Shown: positions 51,291-61,813, counted from the stretch's first letter. The stretch: DNA of 64,000 nt from an uncultured Fibrobacterota bacterium (GCA_963753345.1 CAVWBU010000023.1:25987-89986), one strand, 5' to 3'. The notes: a model not told the origin generated them from the letters alone. Program-made: numbers and translations.

Positions 51291-51920
51291 TTACACCACC
51301 ACCTTGGCCTTGCAATCCTGACCCTCTGCGGACTCAGGTACCTCGGCGAGCTCGCTCCACTCCGGAAGAACAGGAAGCTCATCGCCCTCAAACAATGGGA
51401 TCAACGCCCTGCCAGACGGGCAATCCGGCACATAAAGGTATCTCTTGAGCCTGCATGAACACCCGAGATGGAACGGAGGAATGACCTGCGGAAACGCGCG
51501 GATTTGGGACCTGCTCACGAATGTTTTCTGCAGCAGGTGGCCGCAGCACACCGCGTCACTCCGGCCGACTTGATAGAAATAAAATTTAACGTCCTGCTGA
51601 TCACCTTTCTCGATTTCGATGAGGTTTATTTCCAGACAACTGTTCCACGCATGGATGTAACGCCGCCTGAATTCTTGGGCCTGCTCCGAATCCTTTCCAA
51701 AAGGGGAAATACGATCCAGGTGCGCCACCATTTCCGCAAAAGACGGCTGGCGGTCCGGTACACCAAGAATCGGCGCTTCACAGGCGGCAACGCGGCTGGC
51801 GCCCGCCTTCAAGGCCGCTTCGGTTCCGGCGCTTCCGTTTTCCTGTCCGGTAAGAATCACCTGTGCTCCCGCAAGCTCCGACGGCCAGACTGCAGTGCTG
51901 ATGCAGGATGGATTAATCAT
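51291..51920 (-). CDS. Hypothetical protein with a PPFHLGCSC motif
   Basis: RBS gaggag before ATG 51920; the motif resembles the PPxHxxCRC of phage SPP1 gp7/Mu F-like proteins. Confidence 0.65.
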   Translation of the reverse strand: MINPSCISTAVWPSELAGAQVILTGQENGSAGTEAALKAGASRVAACEAPILGVPDRQPSFAEMVAHLDRISPFGKDSEQAQEFRRRYIHAWNSCLEINLIEIEKGDQQDVKFYFYQVGRSDAVCCGHLLQKTFVSRSQIRAFPQVIPPFHLGCSCRLKRYLYVPDCPSGRALIPLFEGDELPVLPEWSELAEVPESAEGQDCKAKVVV

Positions 51921-52063
51921 AAGATTCTCCTCGATTGCGTTTCCGTCGTCCTGGCTGCTCTTGCCGGCAAGCGCAATGTAGTTGAGATTATACGGGCATT
52001 GGGCAATCATGAGCCAACCGATACAGGTTTATTGAACTATCCGAAAATAGCTAAGGAGGCTTC

Positions 52064-52080
52064 CGCATAGACCGTGCCAA
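52064..52080 (-). promoter_or_regulatory. sigma54 -24/-12 promoter candidate
   Basis: The minus strand reads TTGGCACGGTCTATGCG. TGCA-containing palindromes lie upstream at 52161-52178 and 52188-52202. Confidence 0.6.
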
Positions 52081-52265
52081 TTCGGTTTCTGATGTTGTTT
52101 TTAGTTTACTTTCAACGTGTTACGGCAAAATTTTGGGCATGGAAATAGCGGTTTACTTAATGCGCAATGCATTGCGTAGTGTGGAAAAATGCAGGATGCA
52201 TTAAGACGAAGAAAGGTGGAGCTACCAAGAGCAAGCGGAAGGAAAGCCTGGCCAACGTAAACTAT

Positions 52266-52941
52266 CTATTTCTTTTGCGGGTCTCGATAAATTGTCCCTC
52301 CAATTACAATCGATCCGACAAACTTGCCGCGTTTGGATGTCATGAAGTTTGTCTTGCCGGCAAGCTCCTCTTCGTGTGCGTATCCTCCCCGAACCCCAAA
52401 CAGGAAATGTTGAAATTCGACCTGCACACCAATAAATGGCGTCCCATTCCAGAACCAATCGGGCGAAAAACTGCCCGCGCGCCCGCCTGCCGGCGTGTAA
52501 GCCGTCATTCCCCCGCCTACACCCAAGACCCATCCGCTGATCTCGGGTTGATTTACTGGTTGACATAACGCTGGGAAAAAGGGCCAATGAAACAGCGAGA
52601 AGGGTATGACCCGCTCGACTGCGACTTGCGCGCCCCATGCATTGAACCCGCCGGGTGTCCTCGCAGTGTCGGTGATGAACCGGGAGTAATCCATCTGGTA
52701 CTCATCGAAATACCAATGAAATATTTTCAACTCGAAAGTCCAAAGTTGCTTCGGGCAATTGCACGTTTCCCCGCTCCAGTGAAGTATGCCGAAACTTCAG
52801 GTCCTGCACGCCGGTTCTGCCCGGCAGATACCCGATCGGGTCACCGAAGAGGTAGAAACGGGTGACACCTTTGTTCTCGGCGGAGTCGTTGGCAAGGCAA
52901 CCGAAAACGCAGAGCAGAACAATAAACCGGGTGAGTTTCAT
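52266..52941 (-). CDS. Secreted, probable outer-membrane protein with a frameshift near 52735
   Basis: The signal-peptide ORF (...EATLDF) continues in another frame as ELKIFHWYF... after one extra base. Confidence 0.6.
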
Positions 52942-52967
52942 GGTTGGCCCTTTACTCCAAAAAGAAA

Positions 52968-55775
52968 TCACCAGCTAAAGACCTCGCCGCCCAGAGAAAT
53001 GGAGGGAGTGGCTCCCTTCAAGAAGCTCTGACATGTCCTGGCCTTGCTTGCAAGCGCGATCGAGATCCGAAGTCGCTCCATAAGAGAGATGGAAAACTCC
53101 GCAACCATTTTATGATCGATATCACAGTAGGTTCTGCGGTAAAAATTCTGAATTGTCTGCTTCTTCCACACGCTGGCCTGTCCATTGCAGAATTCCGGAA
53201 AATCGGGCCCTGTCTTGAATCCCAATCTGCATTGTATCCAGGGGTGCCACATCACTTCACATTCAAACCCAAGGAGCAAATACCAGGGAACCTCATAGGA
53301 CATACCCAGACCTTGACCAAGGGCAACAACCTTTCCCAGATTGATGCTGTCAATATTTGCGGCAGCTGTCCATCGGAAATATTCGCTTCCCGACTTGAAG
53401 CTGAGCCCGATTTCTCCTCCCGCAGGCGCCGAAATTAAACCGTACAAGATCGCGTGGGGACGGGATTGGTCAATAAACCCAATGGCCGGATTTCCAAAGA
53501 CGTTAACGACGTTTCTTTCTAGCTCCGGTCCGCCCGGCTCATTGCTGTAATCTCTGAGAAGCTTGGACAGCGCCGATTTCATTCTTGCCTTAACCTCAGG
53601 GCCGGTGAGACATTGCGGCGGTTCATACCCACCCAGGGGTTCCCATTTGCCAGAGGCATGGTTATATTGCCATTCCTTTTCGAGCGAAGGAATATCGGTA
53701 TATTTGAAACCAAGGATTTTCATGCAATCAAGGATTTTGTCGAATTCGGTTGAGTCATTTATGCCGTCTAGTTTCGCCCGTACCTCATCAAGTTCGCCTT
53801 GCGAAACAATTTCCGGAAGAAATTGCCCGCATCCGTCCAACGACGTCTCAAGATAGTGTTCGAGGACCGGTAATTTGTGCCCAAGGATGCACTCTGCGGG
53901 GCTTGATGCTGTCTTGCTGTCGCGATAAGTGGCCCACGATTGATGAAATTTGCAAATGTATTTTAGCGCCAAATCAAGGCGTGCCCCCGTGTCGACATAT
54001 CCGTTTTCCCCTACACCGTCCAAAAACTTGTTTGCCAATTTGTCAAAGGCTTGAAGATCGTCATGCTCAACATGACATAGTTTTTCCAGGGAATCTTCAA
54101 GCGACTTGCCTGCCTTGGTGCTGTCGGGCCCTCTCCTCAAAAAGGCCGCGATGATCTTCCTTGCGCATTCACGCTTCTGCGCCGATCCTTCGGGGGTGCG
54201 CCAATACTGGAAATACAACTCTCTGGACAAGACAACCAACCTTTTGAAATTTGAATCGATGGTGTCTATGGGAACATTGCCCTTTGCATCGATGTCGCCT
54301 GATTTGCAGCTGTCGAGCAATCTGCGGATAGTATCGAACTTGCGGCTATTAATCTCGGGGTTCTGCAAGCTGTCGACGCTGAATGAGTCGCGAAAATCGC
54401 CGGAAAGGTATCTTTCTGCATCATACATACCTAGATAGAAATCGAATATGCGAATGTCTGTCTCCAAGAATCCAAATAACTCATTAAGCAACCTGCTGAA
54501 GGTCGGATAATAGTTTCGTGACAGGTGCAATTTTTCCTCAAGACCGGGATACTCCTCCTTAAGGGTTAAAAGCTCGTTATACGTTGCCGATCGAGCCCAA
54601 TCCCAAACCGCATTACCCAGCACCTCGGCAATCGAGGCAGAATCGGGTGTCCAGTGTCCCTGCACAGTCGGATAAATGCTGTTCTTAGGATTTATGAAAA
54701 AGTAGTGGAAATCTGGTTTTCGATTGCGAGACCAGGTATCGACGTGTTCCTGACTCCATGTCGGTACATCTTTGATGCCACCTCCGACTTCGAAAGCGCT
54801 ATTGGCGAGTTGAAAAGCGAGCCTGATCGGCGAAACATCGAAGATCCCTCCGTCAAGGTAGCTCCAGAGCGTATCGGGTAGCACCGCTCTGTTAAGGGGG
54901 TTATGGATTCTTTCGGAATCCAATATCCGGTAAATGTCGTTACTGTCTAAAATGGCTTCTCTGGACATGGTGTCCAGCTTTGACGGCACTATTTGTAGGT
55001 GATTGATGGGAAGGGGCCTGAAACATCCTGGTATACTCACCGATGCGAGCGCCAGGTTATACAGGACGTTCCAATACGCACTTACGGCATCATGCTTCCT
55101 AAGCGGAAGCACAGGCGTCTCCGTGGCAGCCGATGTGTCGATGTAATTACTGCATGACCAGGATTTCGCAGCATCGACCACGCCCCGGACCACGAACCGT
55201 TGTTTGACAGTCGGAACATCGAGGCCGTGGGTCACTTCCTGATTGACTGCTGCAATGTGCGTCGCGGTGATGCCGAGAAGCATGTCGTAAGCCGGGTCGG
55301 CTCTTTTCATTTGAGCCGGCCCGAATTCTTTCCCAACGGATATGAGGCCTGACCTACCTAAGAAGCCGAGCCGGGTATCAGGGCCGCGAATGCGGTCAAA
55401 CCCGATCCGGGACCACGCTATGTAGAACATGCTGTTTTCTGGAATGCCGATACGCGTTGTATCGGCTAAGGTGATGAAGGTCAGAAGTGCGTTGATCGAG
55501 CCGGCAGAAGTTCCTGTGACAATTTTTGCTTTAAACCGTTCTTTATTCTGCTTGAGCCACTCCGTGAGATAATAATTGTATCCCCCTTCGTAGGCCCCCA
55601 GTGAGGACCCGCCTCTGCTTATGATGGCCAGATAATGTTTGTCTACCGATCCAAAATTTGAGGAAGCCTTTGGTGACGCCACCGACGTTTCCGGTTTATT
55701 GTTTCCCCATGCCAGAGTGCATCCGACCAACGTTGCAAGAATTGCAATTCTCACAAGCATCTCCAAGCACCTCAT
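52968..55775 (-). CDS. Large secreted patatin-like phospholipase with a C-terminal beta-rich region
   Basis: GGSSLGAYEGG oxyanion motif, GTSAG nucleophile, SVSIP..F.P and DGG. Confidence 0.85.
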   Translation of the reverse strand: MRCLEMLVRIAILATLVGCTLAWGNNKPETSVASPKASSNFGSVDKHYLAIISRGGSSLGAYEGGYNYYLTEWLKQNKERFKAKIVTGTSAGSINALLTFITLADTTRIGIPENSMFYIAWSRIGFDRIRGPDTRLGFLGRSGLISVGKEFGPAQMKRADPAYDMLLGITATHIAAVNQEVTHGLDVPTVKQRFVVRGVVDAAKSWSCSNYIDTSAATETPVLPLRKHDAVSAYWNVLYNLALASVSIPGCFRPLPINHLQIVPSKLDTMSREAILDSNDIYRILDSERIHNPLNRAVLPDTLWSYLDGGIFDVSPIRLAFQLANSAFEVGGGIKDVPTWSQEHVDTWSRNRKPDFHYFFINPKNSIYPTVQGHWTPDSASIAEVLGNAVWDWARSATYNELLTLKEEYPGLEEKLHLSRNYYPTFSRLLNELFGFLETDIRIFDFYLGMYDAERYLSGDFRDSFSVDSLQNPEINSRKFDTIRRLLDSCKSGDIDAKGNVPIDTIDSNFKRLVVLSRELYFQYWRTPEGSAQKRECARKIIAAFLRRGPDSTKAGKSLEDSLEKLCHVEHDDLQAFDKLANKFLDGVGENGYVDTGARLDLALKYICKFHQSWATYRDSKTASSPAECILGHKLPVLEHYLETSLDGCGQFLPEIVSQGELDEVRAKLDGINDSTEFDKILDCMKILGFKYTDIPSLEKEWQYNHASGKWEPLGGYEPPQCLTGPEVKARMKSALSKLLRDYSNEPGGPELERNVVNVFGNPAIGFIDQSRPHAILYGLISAPAGGEIGLSFKSGSEYFRWTAAANIDSINLGKVVALGQGLGMSYEVPWYLLLGFECEVMWHPWIQCRLGFKTGPDFPEFCNGQASVWKKQTIQNFYRRTYCDIDHKMVAEFSISLMERLRISIALASKARTCQSFLKGATPSISLGGEVFSW

Positions 55776-56030
55776 GGGATCTCCGGAGCATGGGTAAGGG
55801 GAAACCCGCCATGCGGCGGGGTTCTGCCATGCGGGCGATGCATGGCCGGGCACAACCTGGAATCTTTCTCAATTGGAAATCGCGGGCGGGGTTCTTGCGA
55901 TACGGGCGACGATATCGCAAACGTAAAGGACGGGATTCAGGCTTTGCGTGGCCCCGGCCGCGTGTAGATAATATACGGCTTTTCGGGCACGGTGTCAAAC
56001 ATGAAGATGAGTTGCGGCGGAACTATTGAA

Positions 56031-56143
56031 GAACCCCGCAGCAAGCTGCGGGCAATCTTCCATCCCTATGGAAAGAAAACATACTTATAGTCGCTCGCTA
56101 ACCCCGGAGCAAGCTCCGGGGAATGCGCTCGCTGTGGGATTCA
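56031..56143. repeat. MITE/REP-like double-hairpin element
   Basis: Two palindromes, ccccgcagcaagctgcggg and ccccggagcaagctccgggg, then aatgcgctcgctgtgggattca. Confidence 0.65.
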
Positions 56144-56266
56144 CTGGAACAGCGCGTTGCTCCGGTGAGATAAAGAATAAATCTGTAACACGAATATGAA
56201 CTATTTTATTTACTGAAACCCGGTTTATCCGATGCATCTTCCCGAGTAAATAATGGCAGGTTATTA

Positions 56267-58750
56267 ATGATTAAAAATTCTACAAAAGAAACAATATATC
56301 ACCAAATCCTTCCGGCCGTCATTTTTTTCACGTTTTACTTCCTCTATTTCTATTTGCTTGTCGATCCGCGATTGCGTTTTTATGCTCATACCACCTTGGG
56401 CGATCTTCATTTATTCACGCAGAAAGAAGTCCTTTTTCTTGACCTTTGGAAAGGTCCCGGCCAATTGAGTTTGCTCTTTGCCGGGTTCATTCTCAAATAC
56501 CTGATTTTCAGATGGACAGGTCCGGCACTTTTCACCATTTCCGCTGTTTTTTTGTTTTGGATCACCAAACGCCTCGCGGCCTCGATGGGCGGCACAGAAA
56601 TAAAGGCAATTCCTTATCTGCCTGTTCTTCTGACATTTGTCTTGCCTATCGAACACGATTTCATCTTTGTGTATATCCTTCCTTTCTATCTTTCGCTTTT
56701 GTTTGCGGCCATCTACGTTTGTCTGCCCAATCGCGCCGTGCTGCGAATTCCTTTCTTACTGATATTTGCGGCGATCGTCTATTTCTTCGGAGAGAATGTC
56801 CTTTTCATTTTTTGCGCTGTCTGTTTTCTTCATGAGGTCTTCAGAAGAAAGTCGGTTTTGCTCGGAGCGGTGATCCTTGTCACGGCAATTCTGATTCCAT
56901 TTATCAGTACTGCGTTTATCTGGCCTACCAGGCTTCACTCCTGGGATACCCTTCATAATTATTTATGGACCGATTTCTCACGGCTGGATTTCATCACTCT
57001 CTATATTTTCACTTTTTCCGTTCCCGTGACAATGCTGGCGGCCTGGATACTGCAACGGATGCTTCCCCGGCATGAGGAACCTTCCGGGGCGGAAGCAGTG
57101 CAGGGCGCCCGGACTTTTTCCTGGCGGTTGGGAACCCTGCTTTTCGCAGGAATCTCTGTTGCGGGAGCGCTTTTCCTTTTTGACGGCTATCTTACTTCAT
57201 ATTTGCGTTTTATGGCTGTTTCCGGCCAGCGGCTTTGGATTCACGAACAAACAATGTCGGTATTTCCTTGGACGTATGGCATTTTGATCCTCGTTGAAAT
57301 CGTGCTGGCCCTATGCACCTCCTGGTTGATGTCCGTTTGGCATTTTCCTGGGCGCCCGAAGACCAGATTGGTCGCGTATGTGGCTTTATCTCTTGTCAAC
57401 TGTTATTTATTCGGGGCCTTCGCTTTCCTGTTTACCTTCGCCTGCGCTCTGTACGAGTGGCTTTATACGAAAAAGTTTTTATGGATTCCGATTCAAATTG
57501 TCGCAGTGCTCGCCTTTTCCGTCGTTTTCACCCTCGCGGCAGGAAAAGACTTGGCCCAAGCATTTGTTCCGCTGAATCCGTTTCTGTTGAATCGGGAAAA
57601 CAACGAAGGACTGGCCGTCCTGAATATTCTGCGATTTTTTCCACTCCTCATGACTTTTTTTGGAATTTGGATTGCGTGGGCTGGCGTCAAGAAAAACGGT
57701 CGGGATGAAGGATCACCCATCACTATCAGTACCGCTATTTCACATTTCCTGCATCGTCCATTGGGCAGCGCCGCGGGCGTTGGCATCACAAGCGCATTAA
57801 TTCTTATTACAGCAAGTTTGGTCATGGCAGGCATATTCTTCGATGTTGAAAGACATGCCCGGTTCCGCCTCAATTATATGGCCAGGACCGGGCAATGGGA
57901 CAAGGTGCTTCTGGAAGTCCGTCAGTTGAGCAGCCAATCATTAAATAATTATGTCCTGCTGGACATAAACAGGGCATTGTATGAAACGGGACGGATGAGC
58001 GATGATTTTCTTATCGTTCCTCAAAATCCGGATGCCCTTTTCCCGAATTGGGGAGATACGCATGCGCGATTGCAATTTGCCGAAACCTGGCTGGAACTCG
58101 GGTTGATCTCACCGGCGGAGGAGGTGGCGTATCAAATTCTTGCCGAAGGGAAACATCCCCTTGTTCTTCTGCTCTTGACCAAAATTCATCTCGCAAAGAA
58201 TCAAACAACGACGGCAAGGGTTTTCCTGAGAGCGCTGGAACGGGAGCCGGGATGCGCCTCATGGGCAAAACCGTATCAGAATTACCTCGACCATGTCTCC
58301 TCCCCGTCGGTCGAGAAAGAAATAAAATATCTTCAGGACCAGATGTACAAAGGCGAAAAAATGATGCAAAGCAACACCAATTCACTTTCCCTCCTCGAAA
58401 TCATTTTGAATGAAAACCCCAAGAACAGGATGGCTTTTGAATACTGGATGGCCTTCAGTTTGCTGATGCTGCGCGAAAAGAAACTCGCCGTTTCTTTTCA
58501 TTTGTTAACCGACCTGGGAGTTCCAGGGAACCATCGGCTTTACCAGCAGGCATACCTGCTGATGCGCAAGGATGCTCCAAAGGCTGCCATAGATTCCATC
58601 GAGATCGAACCATGCACACGGGATTTATTTGCGAGATTCACGGATGTCTACGAAAACCGCGGTACATCCGAGCCGCTGGACGCCGTATATGATTTCCGGA
58701 ACACCTACTTTTACCTTGATCTTTTTGTGGAATCCATGAGGTCCCGATGA
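56267..58750 (+). CDS. DUF6057-like polytopic membrane protein with a C-terminal helical domain
   Basis: Many TM segments, then QWDKVL, NRALYETGRM.DDF and NPKNRMAFEYWMA. Confidence 0.7.
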   Translation: MIKNSTKETIYHQILPAVIFFTFYFLYFYLLVDPRLRFYAHTTLGDLHLFTQKEVLFLDLWKGPGQLSLLFAGFILKYLIFRWTGPALFTISAVFLFWITKRLAASMGGTEIKAIPYLPVLLTFVLPIEHDFIFVYILPFYLSLLFAAIYVCLPNRAVLRIPFLLIFAAIVYFFGENVLFIFCAVCFLHEVFRRKSVLLGAVILVTAILIPFISTAFIWPTRLHSWDTLHNYLWTDFSRLDFITLYIFTFSVPVTMLAAWILQRMLPRHEEPSGAEAVQGARTFSWRLGTLLFAGISVAGALFLFDGYLTSYLRFMAVSGQRLWIHEQTMSVFPWTYGILILVEIVLALCTSWLMSVWHFPGRPKTRLVAYVALSLVNCYLFGAFAFLFTFACALYEWLYTKKFLWIPIQIVAVLAFSVVFTLAAGKDLAQAFVPLNPFLLNRENNEGLAVLNILRFFPLLMTFFGIWIAWAGVKKNGRDEGSPITISTAISHFLHRPLGSAAGVGITSALILITASLVMAGIFFDVERHARFRLNYMARTGQWDKVLLEVRQLSSQSLNNYVLLDINRALYETGRMSDDFLIVPQNPDALFPNWGDTHARLQFAETWLELGLISPAEEVAYQILAEGKHPLVLLLLTKIHLAKNQTTTARVFLRALEREPGCASWAKPYQNYLDHVSSPSVEKEIKYLQDQMYKGEKMMQSNTNSLSLLEIILNENPKNRMAFEYWMAFSLLMLREKKLAVSFHLLTDLGVPGNHRLYQQAYLLMRKDAPKAAIDSIEIEPCTRDLFARFTDVYENRGTSEPLDAVYDFRNTYFYLDLFVESMRSR

Positions 58751-60336
58751 AAAAGACAACATCAAGGTTGCGGTATTTCTTGCTTTTGTGCGTTGTCTTC
58801 GCGGCTGCCGGCGTTCTCGTTTTTTCTTTGGCCGCCGTTGAAAAGCCCGACCTGCGTTCCTGTGCCGACAGTGCCCGACCTCCGTCGATCAAACCCGATT
58901 ATATCGATGTAACGGTGCCTCCCAATATCGCCCCGCTCAATTTCATTATCGAGGAGCCGGGCGATGGCTACTATGCCCAACTCACCGGCCAGGCCGCCGG
59001 GTGTATTAAAATCGCCTCCAAAAACCCTGCCATCAAGATTCCCATAAATAAATGGAAGAAGCTTCTTGACGCCAACAAAGGCCGGTCGTATAAGATGGAC
59101 ATCTGCGTCAAGCACGGAAAACAATGGAGCCGGTTTACAACGGTTACAAACCACATTGCCGAAGAAAAGATCGATTCGTACCTTACCTATCGAAAACTGC
59201 CGACCATGTTCTACAACCCTAACCCCGAAATGGGCATTTACCAAAGAGACATCGAAACCTTTAAGGAACGCGTTTTACTTCACCGGCGCGATGTCGGGAA
59301 TGATTGCATCAATTGCCATATCGCTTCTGCGAATCGGACCGGTACCATTCTTTTTCACGTGCGGCGTTCTCGCGACATGGGTCCCGGCATGGTTATCGTG
59401 CACCATGGAGCCGTGCGATTCGAAACCCATTCCCTTACCCCGCGCGGGCTTATTTCTCTCACCAGCATTCATCCTAATGGCAAGGTCATGGCGTTCGCTG
59501 CTGTCAAGATGGGCTTTTTTTCGTTTATTGGAAAGGGCAGCATTGATGACAGGCTGCAATTTGAATATTCCGCAGACCTCGGCCTGTACGACATCGAGAC
59601 CGGCGAAATCAAGTTCATTCCCGGATTGTCCACTCCCGAATACAACGAGACATGGCCAAGCTGGTCCGGCGATGGAAAATATCTTTATTTCTCGCGATGC
59701 AAGGTGATCTGGCCCATGCCGAAACCGGGAGGAGAAAAAGTCCTGCCCAATAATTATAAAGATGTTAAATACGATCTTATGCGGGCTGCGTTCGACACGG
59801 CAACCAATACCTTTGGACCGCCTGAAACAATCCTCAGTGCGCAGGATGTAGGAAAAAGCTGTGTGCAGCCGAGCGTTTCTTTTAACGGCAGGTTCGTTGC
59901 TTTTATTCTTGCAGATTACGGCATGTTCCCGATCAATAATCCGGAAAGCGACATGTATCTCATGGATATGAAAACCCGAACCTACAAGGCAATGGCCTGC
60001 AACAGCCCGCAAAGCGAATCAATGATCCGCTGGTCAAGCAACGACCGCTGGATTCTATTCGGTTCCAAGCGCCGGGACATTTTGTATACGCGGCTCTATG
60101 TTGCGTATGTAGATGAAGACGGCCAGAGTCGGCGCGCCGTGGAGCTTCCTCAAGAAGATCCAATGAAGGATGAGACGGATCTAAAGCTGTTCACCACGGC
60201 TTCCCTGCTGAGCGAACCTGTCAAATATGACAAGAAAAATATTATCAAAGCCATCCTTTCCCAAAATACGAGCGAAACCAAGAACGCCAGCCCAAGAAAA
60301 GCTGAGAGCGCCCTGCCCGGAGAACAGCAGCGATAA
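58747..60336 (+). CDS. TolB/PD40-like propeller protein with a single CxxCH motif
   Basis: PDYIDVTVPPNIAPLNF, DCINCH, ETWPSWSGDGKYLYF and WSSNDRWILFGSKR; ATGA overlap with the upstream gene. Confidence 0.8.
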   Translation: MKKTTSRLRYFLLLCVVFAAAGVLVFSLAAVEKPDLRSCADSARPPSIKPDYIDVTVPPNIAPLNFIIEEPGDGYYAQLTGQAAGCIKIASKNPAIKIPINKWKKLLDANKGRSYKMDICVKHGKQWSRFTTVTNHIAEEKIDSYLTYRKLPTMFYNPNPEMGIYQRDIETFKERVLLHRRDVGNDCINCHIASANRTGTILFHVRRSRDMGPGMVIVHHGAVRFETHSLTPRGLISLTSIHPNGKVMAFAAVKMGFFSFIGKGSIDDRLQFEYSADLGLYDIETGEIKFIPGLSTPEYNETWPSWSGDGKYLYFSRCKVIWPMPKPGGEKVLPNNYKDVKYDLMRAAFDTATNTFGPPETILSAQDVGKSCVQPSVSFNGRFVAFILADYGMFPINNPESDMYLMDMKTRTYKAMACNSPQSESMIRWSSNDRWILFGSKRRDILYTRLYVAYVDEDGQSRRAVELPQEDPMKDETDLKLFTTASLLSEPVKYDKKNIIKAILSQNTSETKNASPRKAESALPGEQQR

Positions 60337-60429
60337 CAATTCCCAGCCCGCAGCAGAGAAACCGCATAAAAAATACCCCCCGTCCATTTCTGGGCGGAGG
60401 GCATCTTTAAAATTACGAATGAACAGCCG

Positions 60430-61614
60430 CTATTTCATTGACACGAGGTTTTGCGAAAACGATTTGCCGTTATCGACCAACCGCACCACATATGCGCCCC
60501 TGGACAGCATGGCAGTTATTGTCTTCATCACATTGTCGCCCGCATTCATCTGCCTCACTTTGTTGGTATAATCGGCAACCAGCTGCCCTTTCAGGTCGTA
60601 TACCTTGAGCTGGGCTGTTGACGGATTCACGAGTGCATACGACTGGGGTGCACGATTCCTGAAATCGCTGCGGACAGCGCTCTGGGTCCCCCCCTGCTGG
60701 TACACCCTGACATAATCGAGGTCCATATGCGTCGGAAAGATTGTGTTGTCGATATTCTGTCCCTGATACGCGCCGCCTACCGCGACGTTTATGATCCAGA
60801 AGAACGGGTTATGAAATGCCACTTTATTATCAGCCGTATTAATATTGGGGGTAGTAAAAGCGGCTGATGGGAAATTTGGGCCCCAGAACAATGTGTCATC
60901 CCAATAATAATGCACGTCCGTTGAATCCCAGAGAATGCCATAGGTGTGAAAACGATCGCACAGGCACGTATTCTTGCCGTTGACAACATAGTTATGCTGG
61001 CAGCTGTGATAGCTTGCGCCGCCGTTGACTCCATAGTGACAGCACGCAATAAATTCATCATCGCCGGCTATGCCAGGTACCGGCTGTGCCGCGTTCGCGT
61101 TCACGACACAAGCACATGTTCTTTGCTCGTAGAGCTCCATCTCGCCGCACGTGGGCCATGCAACGCCGTGATTGATGCTGTTACCCAGCATCCAGACAGC
61201 GGACCATAGACCCGGCCCATTCTTGCCCCCTGTTCCTATCGGACCTTGGATGGCCGCTTCAAAATAGCCGTAGGTGAAAATCTTCTTGTCACCGGTATTT
61301 ATTCGTCCGGAGTTGTACATTGAGCTAGCGGCAGTAGCACCGCCGTTTTGTGCACCGCTCGGATTGTACTTGGACCAAATGTGCAAGGCGCCGTTTGAAA
61401 CCTCGACGCAACTGTGGGTATAGAACTCCTTTTCGGCGTTCGGCTGGTTCGCGCCCGTGTCGTAACTCCAGGCGCTCGTGTCCAGGGCGGTGCCGTTGAA
61501 CTCGTCGGACCACGCAAGCCCCCATTTTAAAGTATCAGTTACCACTTTTGGCAAGGCATACGCAGACCCCGTACAGAAAACCAACATCGAACAAAAAACG
61601 AGCAACTTCTTCAT
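60430..61614 (-). CDS. GH16 laminarinase-like glycoside hydrolase with a T9SS-like tail
   Basis: WSDEFNG, SGRINT, GLWSAVWMLG, WPTCGEMELYE, PFFWIINVAVGG and DYVRVYQ. Confidence 0.9.
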   Translation of the reverse strand: MKKLLVFCSMLVFCTGSAYALPKVVTDTLKWGLAWSDEFNGTALDTSAWSYDTGANQPNAEKEFYTHSCVEVSNGALHIWSKYNPSGAQNGGATAASSMYNSGRINTGDKKIFTYGYFEAAIQGPIGTGGKNGPGLWSAVWMLGNSINHGVAWPTCGEMELYEQRTCACVVNANAAQPVPGIAGDDEFIACCHYGVNGGASYHSCQHNYVVNGKNTCLCDRFHTYGILWDSTDVHYYWDDTLFWGPNFPSAAFTTPNINTADNKVAFHNPFFWIINVAVGGAYQGQNIDNTIFPTHMDLDYVRVYQQGGTQSAVRSDFRNRAPQSYALVNPSTAQLKVYDLKGQLVADYTNKVRQMNAGDNVMKTITAMLSRGAYVVRLVDNGKSFSQNLVSMK

Positions 61615-61813
61615 CCTCTTCCCCCTTCCTTAGGCGTGAAATTGAGAACAATGTAAGACAGTAAGGTAATAGACAAAAATTCTTGAGCCCGCTCACTTCC
61701 AACAATATAAGTAAAAAAGTCGTTTTATGCAAAAAAAAGGAGCACAAATTCTAGCATGAGGGGGTCCAGGGGATGATGGCATTTTTGATCACCGGACCGC
61801 CGAAAACAAAATG

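Noticed and set aside
51291-51920. Prophage
   Set aside because: Only one phage-like motif; no structural, terminase or integrase genes.
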